DNA of 51,164 nucleotides from Girardia tigrina (Eukaryota): NCBI GenBank assembly GCA_001938485.1, contig MQRK01206504.1, positions 1 to 51,164 of the forward strand, read 5' to 3'. Shown piece by piece: positions 11,860 to 22,559 of this stretch (position 1 is its first letter; each line of letters starts with the position of its first letter). The notes under the pieces were generated by a model. It saw only the letters and a program-made list of their open reading frames with translations, ran no database searches and was not told where the DNA came from. The position numbers and the translations under genes were made by a program.

Positions 11860-12548
11860 TTCTGTCCTACATGAGCAAAACACTTGTTGCATATAAACTT
11901 CGCGGACACAAATCTCAAAACGTATTTTGCAATTAAATAGTATAAAAATTGTTTGTCAAATTTTTTAATTTTATATTTTTAAATATTATTAAATGATATA
12001 TTTTTAATTTCTTGTTTTAATAAAAATTACTAAATTACTGAATAATTTTTAATTTAACACTTAATTTTTAAAAAAATATTAAAACGTTTAAAGACTAATT
12101 TAAAGTTTTAAAATACAATTTTTACTCAAATTTAAAATTAAGAATGGTAATTACTAAATGACGCATAATTTAACACCTATTTTTTACGTGAATTAAAATA
12201 TATTATGAAGTTAAAAGAACTAATATTCAAATTATAAAAATTAATTTTTGCTTGACTCCTCAGACTTATTTAAATCTGAGAAAACGTTCGAGAAAAAGTA
12301 AAATTTGGAAAATGTCAATGCAAAACTATGTAAAATTATTTTTAAAATTTTTATTAAGTAAAATTTGTTTATCAGATTTAATTAAATTTCAAATACTTAT
12401 GTGTACTTTATTAAAAAGTATATAATAAATAAAATAAAAGAAAGATATTAAAATATTGTAAGTTGATAACACAGTGACTCAGAAATTAAATTAATCACAA
12501 AAATAATATTTTTATATATTTCTATTTTGTGGTTATATTGTTCATTAT

Positions 12549-14639
12549 AAAGTCGTATTGAGCAGGAAACTAATTTAAATCAAGATAAGAAAATATACGT
12601 TCGAAGTATTTGATGTAGAGATTTATTTTGCAGATATATACGCGTAGAGCAGTGAAATGTTTCATGTGATACAAAATAGTTTATGCTATTATTTTTTTAA
12701 ATATTTATTATTTCATTGAAAATTTGAATTTACAAAGAGATTTAATTAAATATTATAAATATATAATAAAATCTTTCGCATATTTAAATTCTCAAGCCTA
12801 AAATATTGATTCCAAACATTTTTAATCATATAAAATCAACTTTTAAAAAATAATTTTCTTTACAAACTTGAAAATAAAAATAAAACATTGAAAGTTACAA
12901 AACTCTTTAAAATAGGATAAAAATTTAAAAATATTTAGGAAAATATATTTTTCGACTTTAATTCCTTCCGACAGGGGGCATTAAAACTGTAGATGGAATT
13001 AACATATTATAATATAATTTTAAATTACTTTTTTAAAATATAAAATTATAAAATTTATAAACGTCCAACACTATTTGAATTATATATATTGTATAATTAA
13101 AAAAAATGAAATTTGGTATTAATGTTTAATTATTATTATTTTAATGTGCAAAATATAATTTTTTATCCAATTAAAATATTCAATAAGTACAATTATTATT
13201 TTTAATAAACCATATACTGATCAAATTGCAAAGTTTTTATAACATTTAAATATTTAAAACAATTATAATTTACTATATACGCAAAAAAATCAATGATTCA
13301 TCAGACAAAATTTAATAAATGTCCTATGTCAAATAAAGGACCAAATTTCAATTATAAAGTATTTCCCGATCAAAGAAATTATGTATTTAATCAAAGGTTT
13401 TCACAAAATTATCACACGTTACCTAAACCCGGATGCCCTATCAAACCTAAAGTTGGATGCCCTATTTTACCTAAACTCGAATGCCCTATGAAACCTAAAT
13501 TTGAATACCCTATCAAACCTAAAGTTGGATGTCCTATTTTACCTAAAGTCGGATTTCCTATCATACCGAAACTGGGAAACCCCATTATCTATAAACCTGA
13601 ATGTCCGATCAAAAATACCCCTGAATATGTAAACAAAAATATTCCTAAAATTCCTGTCATACAAAAACCAGAAAATGGTATTTCTAATATAAATGTTTCT
13701 ATTGAAACATCTCTATCAAAATATCCAATAAACATTCCCTCAAGTGGCCATGATGTCTTAAACCCTATCAGTGAAAATCCCACTTATCATTCAATACATT
13801 ATCAAACATGCTACATCAATGCCATTGAAGGTATATTGAATGAATTCAAACCAAAAAGTCATCCACAAATATCACAATCAAAATTTATTTCTTTATCTCA
13901 AATTTTAGACAATTTTGAACAGAAATTTTCAAAAGAATCTTTCAATTATATTAAAAATTTGAAAGAATATTCAAAATCGCAAAAATTTAATAAATCAAAT
14001 AAAATTTCAATCTGTAAAAAAGGTAAAATAATAATGAAGTGGCCAAAAAGAAATTTCAATGTAAATAATATTTTAAGAATAACAACCTTTTTAAAAGATG
14101 ACAAAGCGAAGAATTGGAATGAAATGGTAATGGATGTTGAAAATAATTTTATAAAACATAAAATCATTGAACCGGAACCAGGATATTTTGTAAGCAGTTC
14201 ATACGCCATATATGATCCGAAAAATATTGGAGTGAGATTACAAAAAGAAATTTAAATTTTGTAATCAAAATAAACACTTTTTTAAATAAATAAAGAAAAT
14301 TTTATAATAAATAATAAATATAAATTATAAAGATTCAATAATCAAATAATAATTATTAATAACTTAATTTATATATTGCTTTTAATTTTTTTCAAACTTA
14401 ATTTTAAAATTAATAGACTTAAATATATTTCAGAATTCTGATATCTAATTTTGGTATGATATCTTTTTGCATTTACATTCATATTTTTATTCATTATGAA
14501 ATTTTAATAAATATTAATTAATTTATGAAATTAATCCATCGATTTAATTTTTAATAAAAGTGATAACAAGCGATGCCAAATGGAGTGAATATTAAATCAT
14601 GGTTAAACCGAACATTTTACCGGTTTGCAAAAAAATAAT
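12549..14639 (+). repeat. Right arm of the ~2-kb inverted duplication
   Basis: Aligns to the reverse complement of 9957-11859. Confidence 0.9.
13293..14255 (+). CDS. Hypothetical protein (320 aa) with 8 copies of an 8-aa PKxGCPIx repeat
   Basis: Intact ORF with 24-bp tandem units at ~13422-13613; the C-terminal ~85 codons are identical to the paralog; AATAAA at ~14269. Confidence 0.75.
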   Translation: MIHQTKFNKCPMSNKGPNFNYKVFPDQRNYVFNQRFSQNYHTLPKPGCPIKPKVGCPILPKLECPMKPKFEYPIKPKVGCPILPKVGFPIIPKLGNPIIYKPECPIKNTPEYVNKNIPKIPVIQKPENGISNINVSIETSLSKYPINIPSSGHDVLNPISENPTYHSIHYQTCYINAIEGILNEFKPKSHPQISQSKFISLSQILDNFEQKFSKESFNYIKNLKEYSKSQKFNKSNKISICKKGKIIMKWPKRNFNVNNILRITTFLKDDKAKNWNEMVMDVENNFIKHKIIEPEPGYFVSSSYAIYDPKNIGVRLQKEI

Positions 14640-14681
14640 ATAAATAAATTAAATAAATAATTAATTAAATAACAACAAATT

Positions 14682-15521
14682 AAATTAATATTAAAAAAAA
14701 TAATATTAATTAAAAATAGGTAAATAAAACAATTTAAAAAGAAAATTTAGTAAAATCTTTCAAAGGAAATTTGTTGCAATTGATCCATGACAATTAATTT
14801 TGTAAGTGACTATTTTGTCATAATTTCAATATTAATTTTTGATTATGAACAATTTATTTTTTTTAATCATTTCAAAGTGTAAAAAATATCAGTTGTAAAA
14901 ATAATTGATTCGAATTTAAGAATGTAAAAAAAAGAGTTTGTTGTCAAAATTACACATTTAAAAAAATGAATAATGAATTGAAAGAACTGAATTTAAAATC
15001 GCAATATGATTCTTACAAAATAATTGTTGAGAATTTCGATAGAAATGCCGGTGTAAATGAACAGAGAGTGCTGAAATCTTTCGAAATGAGTTTTTACAAT
15101 GCAAATGAGGCGTGGAATAATGGGTTATATGAGATAAGAACACACGACAAAACCAGACAAATAAAACCACACAGACTTAAAACCCTACACGAAAAAAGCA
15201 CACACTGATAAAACCACAATATGATAAAATAACACAAATATTCAAAAAGAGTAGACTTTTATCGTCATAGTACGGGTCGGTGTTTTCGTGGATCTCCGGA
15301 GCCGACCCCAGCATGAGTTGCGGTGCTGTCTGCATAATTTTCGTTGCGATGCATAAGCCGAATCCGATCCGCGGTAAATATCCTAATCGGCCTTGATACT
15401 GCACCACATTGTCATTGATCAATTGCAACAAATTTCCTTTGAAAGATTTTACTAAATTTTCTTTTTTAAATTGTTTTATTTACCTATTTTTAATTAATAT
15501 TATTTTTTTAAATATTAATTT
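14682..15521. repeat. ~113-bp inverted repeats (14682-14794 / 15408-15521) enclosing a degraded ORF and an LTR-like segment
   Basis: aaatttagtaaaatctttcaaaggaaatttgttgcaattgatc and its reverse complement are near-identical. Confidence 0.7.
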
Positions 15522-15539
15522 ATTAATTTATTAATTTCC

Positions 15540-16582
15540 ACGACTACAATCTACTCTTATTAGTAGATATGCACGTCTCAGGTCCTAAAAGTGGTGTAGA
15601 CATGGACCCCAAAACTTATCTGTAGTGCCACAAATAAAACCCACTCCGGACCTGTAATCGGTGGGGAGACTTTTCATTAATGTTGTTTCCGCCTTGTGGT
15701 GCTGCCAAACGTGGCGCCCTCAGTTACATTTGAAACAGATTTTTATTGCTAACGCTAACAATACTTCCGGTTCGTCATTTAAAGGTGACGGTAACGTTGC
15801 CATTGCTGAAGCGTTTGTCACCTACCCGTTTACGCGAAGTAGTGACCGCGCCTACGATATCAGATTCTGAATCGAACATTTTTTTCTTTACCGCTTTATG
15901 TCTCAAAATATACGATCGAATGCCGGATGAGAACGCTTGCAACAGGAAATATTTTTTAGGTTCTTCTCCGTGACACATGTGTTTTCACGAGGCGCCGCAA
16001 AGCTGAAGCAAATTATTCAATTGATTCTCCTGATCGAAAAATCATCTAGTAAAATTTGTAGTAAGTCTCTCGTCTATCGGGACCGTAGGCCTTTAGAAGC
16101 GCTTCTTTTATTGAGTCATAATCTTTTTGATACCCGATCGGCGTTCCTGCAAATAAATCAAATGTGCTTCCCTCCAGGAGCATTGGGAGGGTCATCACCT
16201 TGTTGATGTCGCAAATTGCTGCAGCCGCTTCGAATTTTCGGTATTAAACCCCGATGTCTTTGGTTAATTCAAATAGTCGACTTGTCGCAAAACAGTAAAA
16301 AATATATAGACTAATATTTATTTTCTAATTAAAATTTCCCACTAACTCACAACAGTATATAAACAATTGTGATCTATTGTCATAACTCACAATTAAAAAA
16401 TTATTTAAAATTTACAATTATAATAAATTTAAAAAAATGTTAATATTAAATATAAATTTGACTTAATTAGTTTTAGATAATAAGAATTAAAATATTTATC
16501 AGACATGTGAGTAGCAGAGACACAATTCCAAATCAACACACAACATTCAAAGACAAAACATCAACATTCCAAATATCCTCAA
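15540..16582 (-). mobile_element. Gypsy relic, family B (LTR ~16290-16582, decayed gag)
   Basis: LTR start resembles family A (aaatatcctca). The gag-like translation KFEAAAAICDINKVMTLPMLLEESTFDLF...DYDSIK..LLKAYG...RSGESI is homologous to 36780-37060. Confidence 0.6.
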
Positions 16583-16641
16583 TGAGGATTCCTCATGTTG
16601 TTTACCACAACAACTATATAAAAACAATGTAAAGGTTTTTT

Positions 16642-17668
16642 AATTATGATTGTGCAAAAAATATATTTTTGTTTAAATAATTATCGCCTCAAATTATCGT
16701 TCTTTGTTGTTTTTTTTCTATCAATCGTTTTAACACAACAAACTTATCTCCGTCAAATGCCAATTACAATTTTCTAGTTGATTTTCCTTTTTCAATGGTT
16801 CGACCTTCTTCATTCATCACACGAGATTCTCAACAAATCGAAATGTAACGTGACGAAAATCATCGACGAAAGATATCTTTTCGAGTGTTTCGGAATGGCA
16901 TTTTTCCACGCCAACTTCATCGCACATTTCCGTATAGATCGTCAATTGTTTCTGTATTTCCGATACGACTAGACGATTTCTCACAGTGAAATATTCGTAC
17001 TCAACTCGACATCGTTTTTCAGAGACAATTTTACCCAGGTTACACTTGATAAGATCGTTGGGCAATTAAGTTGTATCGACGCGATCGATCGCGATTTCCT
17101 CGCGCACGTTTACGTTAGCAATTAAACGAAACCAAAACGATTTTGAAGTTTTTCGATTACAAATAGTCGCTGCTTGAGGGGATTGAATAGCGATCAATTC
17201 TGATTGACTTTCCAATTGAGATATTAAGACTTTAGCTTCGAAGGGTTGAAAAACATTGAAGGTAGCGAAATGTCGCTGATTTGCTCAAGGAGTCAATCGA
17301 GATGTATTCACCTTGGATCCCTTCGTCCTATTGCACCACCTATCAAACGTCAGATTATCTCTACCAGAGAGGCTTCAATCAACACAAACTTGAGGGTCAA
17401 TTCATCGCACAGATCCCACAACTCACATTCCTCAACTTCGATTTAACTAACTTAGGATGTTTCATTATTCTGTTTAAATTACAATTTTGACATCTGTCTA
17501 CAAAGGTCTTTACGTCTATATTCATTGAAGGTTTGATTAAAAAAGACAAAGATATGAAGTTTAAAATTCTCAGCAGTTGCATCATCAAAACAACTTAGAT
17601 CATCCGCAATCTGAAGAGGGCTCTATTATAGTGAAATTTTATAAATTACAAAAATACATAGTTAATTA
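16642..17668. pseudogene. Copy 2 of the ~1-kb coding-like block, immediately upstream of peptide gene copy B
   Basis: Direct repeat of 7678-8703; its right end is also present, inverted, at ~5205-5340. Confidence 0.5.
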
Positions 17669-17833
17669 CTTTATTTTATGAAAAACATTTTTATAATTAT
17701 TAAAAAAAATGTGTAAATAAAAAAATGAAAAATAATTGAATGAATTCTTGAACATGTGTGAATGGATGTGATCGAGTTTGTTGTTAACAATGAAGTGTCA
17801 TTTGGGACATATGATACAAATGCATATATATTA

Positions 17834-17839
17834 TATAAA
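17834..17839 (+). promoter_or_regulatory. Candidate TATA box of peptide gene copy B
   Basis: TATAAA ~45 nt upstream of the ATG and conserved in copy A; weak on its own in AT-rich DNA. Confidence 0.35.
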
Positions 17840-17882
17840 TATTGAATTATTTTATTAATTCTTAAACCTATTAAGTGAAACA

Positions 17883-18138
17883 ATGAGCAGAAAACAAATA
17901 TTGTTTTGTTTGATAATTTTGGTGTTCTACATATCTTTTGGAAATGTAGACGGATCGCGACAAGATAGCGTTTTCAGTACGGTTCAATTGATTATTAATG
18001 CATTAAAATAACATTTTACTTTTAGAAGACGGAAATCCGAGATTCTTGCAGGTGCTGAGACAATATCTGAAGGTCCACAGACAATACAATATTGCACTGA
18101 GTCGGTTGATTAGAAGCAATTACCAACATCCACGATAA
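17883..18138 (+). CDS. Two-exon small secreted peptide precursor, copy B (68 aa); exons 17883-17976 and 18026-18138
   Basis: MSRKQILFCLIILVFYISFGNVDG-SRQDSVFKDGNPRFLQVLRQYLKVHRQYNIALSRLIRSNYQHPR*. 49-nt GT-AG intron 17977-18025; 15-nt in-frame deletion relative to copy A; AATAAA at ~18146. Confidence 0.75.
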
Positions 18139-18264
18139 TATAATTAATAAAACCTTTAATGATTGATTTGATTTATTATTATATAAAAAATATATTCAAA
18201 CATTATTAAAATAACATTTGTAATATCAATTTTGTCAAAGGTGTGGCATATTTATTGTAAATTA

Positions 18265-18552
18265 ATAATATTTGAGAGTAGACAATAGAGACTTTGAGAA
18301 CGTTAATAAATTATTAAAGTTTTTTGGTGTTTCTCGGCATTATTTATCACTTAATCTTTTATGTAATTTTTAATTCTCTGAAACTAATCCACAATAGTCG
18401 CCATACAAATTCCTTTTTTATAATTTCATATTCCTCGCACAGATTCTCTTGTGTGAGTTATATCATCTGTCTATTTAGATTCTGTTAAGAATGTAACATT
18501 GAAAACATAATTACCATTCCTTTTTTTGTCTTTTAAATGATAAATTATTCCT
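18265..18552 (-). repeat. Inverted copy of 3516-3795 (outermost arm pair)
   Basis: Near-identical reverse complement that includes the end of the family A LTR at 3714. Confidence 0.85.
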
Positions 18553-18619
18553 TATTATTTTAATCAAAATTAATTTTCCTTGAATTATTTATTGATCCTT
18601 GTAATAAATTCACTGTTAT

Positions 18620-18622
<3 letters not shown>

Positions 18623-18652
<30 letters not shown>
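18623..18652. repeat. (TA)n microsatellite
   Basis: Visible run. Confidence 0.9.
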
Positions 18653-18656
<4 letters not shown>

Positions 18657-18759
18657 TATCATTAAAATACTTTTTTAATAGAGAAAAACTGCATGTTTTT
18701 GAGACGTGTGATGTAATATTTTTTCAACTATATAAATAGTAATTAATCACTTCATTTCA

Positions 18760-19097
18760 TTGAACTGAAATGCCAAAATAGTGAAACGCGTATGTATTGC
18801 CAAAAAAATTCATAATCAAAAGTGGCATTTGTTTGCATTATTATTAAAAATGTCATTATTAATTGTAGATAATAAATTAGAAGAATTAAAGAATCAATTG
18901 CATAGCTACAAAAAGCTATAATCGAAATACCAAAAAATAGCATGGATATCAATTTTCTGATATCGTGTAAAGAAGAAAATATGTTACCGAAGTTTATTCA
19001 CAACGTAAGAATGCATGAAATGTTCTTAGATGGCGAAAGCTTGAAAATAAAGCAGAAACTTAAGAAAATATGCCGAGAAAAAAAGATCGAAAGTTAA
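18760..19097 (+). mobile_element. Penelope-like element 5' fragment with a degenerate hammerhead
   Basis: ctgaaa-tgccaaaatagt-GAAACGCGT (palindromic ACGCGT stem III) is followed by DINFLISCKEENMLPKF, matching the FLxxCxxxxxxPKF N-terminal motif of PLE ORFs. Confidence 0.5.
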
Positions 19098-19433
19098 CTA
19101 TGAAACTGAATTTACAGTTTTGAAGATAAATTTTGACACATACCATGAGAGTGTAATTAGCTCTTACAGTATTGGCACCATAAACACCATTCACAATAAC
19201 AGCCGCCTGGTTTGCATTTTATCAAACAAAAACTGTAAAATGTACCGATTTTTTTCAATGTTGACTTCCATTTTTGACACCTTGTAACTCAGAACTGAAT
19301 AAAAAAAGCAAAATGTTTTTTTGTGAAATTACTGTGAAATGTTACCTTGACAAAGAGCATAAATTAGAAATTGTTTGATCGATAAATAATGAATTAAAAT
19401 AATAGATTAAAATAATGGATTACTTTTTCCCCA

Positions 19434-20045
19434 ACCTTCTTCTTCTTTTGACCTTAGCCGTTGGGCCGTGGATGCACCCAATTATAAACAATCCTTCGCC
19501 ACATCTTTCTATTTGTAGCTTCTTTTCTCAGACATTCCATACTCAGTCCAGTCCATTCTTTTAAATCGTCCGTCCATTGCGTCTTTGGTCTTCCTCTTGG
19601 TCTTTCTCCTTCCACTCTTCCCTCAATCATAACCTTTGCTAATGCTAGTTTTCTTATTTGATGACCGTAGAATTTCAGCTTCCTTCTCTTGATGATCTCT
19701 TCTATTGATTCCGGCCTTTTACCTAGTATTTCTGTCACTCTCCTCCAAACAAAGTCATTTGTCTTTTTTTCTTTCCACGTGATCTTCAGCATTCTCCCGT
19801 AGCACTTCATTTCAAACTCTTTAAGCCTATCCATACTCTTCTGATTTATTGTCCAACTCTCGCATCCATAGATGAGTGTTGCCCAGACAATAGCCTTAGT
19901 GATCTTCAATCTGCTCTTCAGATAGATTTCTTTGAGATTAAAAACTGTGCTAAGCTTAATCATTGCGCTTGTTGATATACTAATCCGGCTTCTGATTTCT
20001 TCTTCACTGACCAATTCTCTGTGATAGTAGAGCCTAAATATTTCT
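19434..20045 (-). mobile_element. 5'-truncated RTE-clade non-LTR retrotransposon (RT C-terminus)
   Basis: KYLGSTIT...EEIRSRI...LIYGCESWT...FEMKCY.RMLKITW...GRVEGERPRGRPK.QW.DDL; (GAA)n tail immediately after the stop. Confidence 0.9.
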
Positions 20046-22519
20046 TGGACATCTGCGAGCCTTTAGAGGCGTATATGCAGATTCGCATTCACAAGGAAAT
20101 GTGGCGTTATCAATCATGTGTCATTAATGGCAAAAAGTACGCTCTAAACAGGATGAGCTTTGGTTTAAATATCGCTCCGACCATTATGACTGAAATTGTC
20201 AAGTGGATTTTAAATTCTGATCCTAAAGTACGTAAAAACACCGACTCGTACATCGATGACATTTACGTTGACGAAATTAGAATGTTGTTCGAGGAATTTA
20301 GTCTTAAATGCAAAAAAAACAGAAAATCTCTCAATGGATAGAACTGCGAGTGTTGGAAGTTAAAGTCTTTAAAGATAAAAATTCGGTGAGATGGATGAGA
20401 AATAATCATTTCAAGGACGAGATACTTGCCGAATCAATATCGCGTCGCGAGTTATATTCGCTGTGTGGCCAATTAGTAGGAATCCACCCTTTTGCTGGTT
20501 GACTACGTTCATCATGCTCCTACATGAAAAGGCTCAGTGAAGGAAAATGGGATGAGAAAATAGATGTCGAATTATTCGAGAAAATCAAAATTCTTTTGAT
20601 AAAAGTTAAGGAGGAAGATTCTTGTAGAGGAATATGGAGTATTGATGATTGTAAAGTCGGCATCATATGGTGTGATGCCAGTTCGATAGTCATTGGGGCA
20701 GCGTTGGAAGTTAAAGGAAATATTATAGAAGACGCATGGTGGTTAAGGAAAACTGACGATTCTAAGCACATAAACGTAGCAGAACTAGAAGCAGTTGTAA
20801 ATTTGTATATTAAATGGGGATTAACGAATATTGTAGTAAAATCTGATAAAAAATTAGTTATTTCTTGGATAACTGAGGCACTATCAGAGCGAAATAAATT
20901 ACACACGAAAGCCTCTTCCGAGCTTTTGATAAAGCGCCGATTGTCAATGATTAAGGAGTTGTGTCAGAAATATGAAATAACTTTGAAAATTGAATTTATT
21001 AATAGTGAAGACAACAAGGCTGATGAACTAACAAGAATGGTTTAAATATTGAAATACAAACCGATCGACTGATCGAACCAATCATCAACCGAAACGGAAC
21101 CGATTGCCAACTGGGGATCGAAACGCAGATCCGCTGGTCCGACATCCGATGACGCATCGAATGATGGTCACTGGACCCGATCGGCACACGGACGACGTCA
21201 AACTAATACGGTGATCTACACATCTAAGAGGTGCTGGTCGCCGCTACTTGGTCCGGTTGCCGACACCACAGGCAAGTTTTCATTAATATCAATAACGCCA
21301 TTCAAAAAATTAAATTTTATTGTCGCAATATATTTCAGTGGATTTTTCCCCATCTTCGGACTTAATTAACAAAAATTCAAACTACAGAAATTTCATGACA
21401 GATGTCATTTAGGTGCAAAGAGATCGCGATATCTGTGTGATAAGTTGGAAATAAATGTGTAAAATGCAGATATAAAGAATTTGATCTCGAAGTGTCAAAG
21501 TTGCCAATCTATTGATCCGGTGCCAATAAAATGGGAAACTGGAAAATTAGCTGTCAATGAAAACTGGACAAGACTTGCAGCGGATGTCACAAAATTTGAT
21601 CAACAAAAATTCTTAAGTATTGATTGTGGACCCTCTCGATTTTCTATATGGAAACTAATCAAAGCTGAGGATGTCAAGTCGATTGTTACATAGTTTCGAA
21701 TTTGTTCTGCGAGCGTGCTTCTCCCAATGAGTTGATTATTGACAATTATACGACATTTCATTTAGCGAATTCAGCAAGTTTATGGAAAAGTTGAATGTAC
21801 ATCTCCTATACCGCGCTATTAATCGACCAAATTGCAAAGGAATAATAGAGAGAAATCATAAGACAATCAAGAGAATTGCGTCTAGATCAAATATCAGTAT
21901 CATGGAAGCCTTATACACCATCCGACGGAAAGTAGACACCTGTTCAGTACGTTACAAGTACATTCCAGTGGGTTTGGAGACAATCGAAAGAATTGATAAG
22001 GAGTAGGTTTACAATAAGGTAAACACAGACTTTGTAGAGCAACAGTTAGTCTGGGTAAAGCCTGAAAATAATATGCCATGTACAAAGCAATGGACAAGAG
22101 GCCTTGACGTTAGGAAATTGGATCAAAGAAAGTACTTAATAAATTATGATGATTTTTGCGGTCCACGGCATATAGCAGATATTCGACCAAGACAACCAGA
22201 ACTGCCGCAAAACTCTTACTCGGATTACATGTTGGAAAATAACAACGAATCAGCTTCGAGTGTTAATCAAAGTGAATCGGGAATCAGCAACAGACCTCAA
22301 AGAGAAAGACGAAAACCGAATTATTTGAACGAGTACGTAGTAGATATAGATTCTTGTGACGAAGAATCTGGTGGGAGTTTTACATGTTAAATTTATTTAA
22401 TAAATGAAATATTTAACATGAAAAAAATATGGATAATTATTTGTTTAAATAATATATATTTAAAAGTATTTTTTTTTGACAAATATATTTTATAGATTTG
22501 TTGTTACATATTTTCAACA
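20046..22519 (+). mobile_element. Decayed Gypsy pol (RT, RNase H, integrase) with PPT and probable 3' LTR
   Basis: AYMQI...RMSFGLNIAP...DSYIDDIYV (RT); WCDASS, HINVAELEA, NKADELTR (RNase H); CQSCQ, IDCGPSRF, GIIERNHKTIK (integrase); purine tract near 22361-22377; multiple frameshifts and stops. Confidence 0.9.
21049..21375 (-). repeat. GC-rich non-coding repeat inserted into Gypsy pol; inverted copy of 23152-23459
   Basis: About 95% identical to the reverse complement; begins with hammerhead-like CCGAAGA-tggggaaaaatccact-GAAA-tatatt. Confidence 0.8.
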
Positions 22520-22559
22520 ATGTGGAAGAGAAACTTATTTGGACATTAATGTGCGGATT

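Noticed and set aside
17397-17588. PSMNIDVKTFVDRCQNC resembles the integrase H2C2 zinc-binding motif
   Set aside because: There is no upstream His pair and no downstream DDE core in any frame, so it is left as part of the unidentified duplicated block.
17611-17640. CTGAAGA...GAAA as another hammerhead
   Set aside because: There is no convincing stem II or stem I, and the core is not conserved in the copies at ~8646 and ~5240-5270.
16642-17668. Nuclear mitochondrial insertion read with the flatworm mitochondrial code
   Set aside because: No resemblance to any mitochondrial protein, and TAG would remain a stop.
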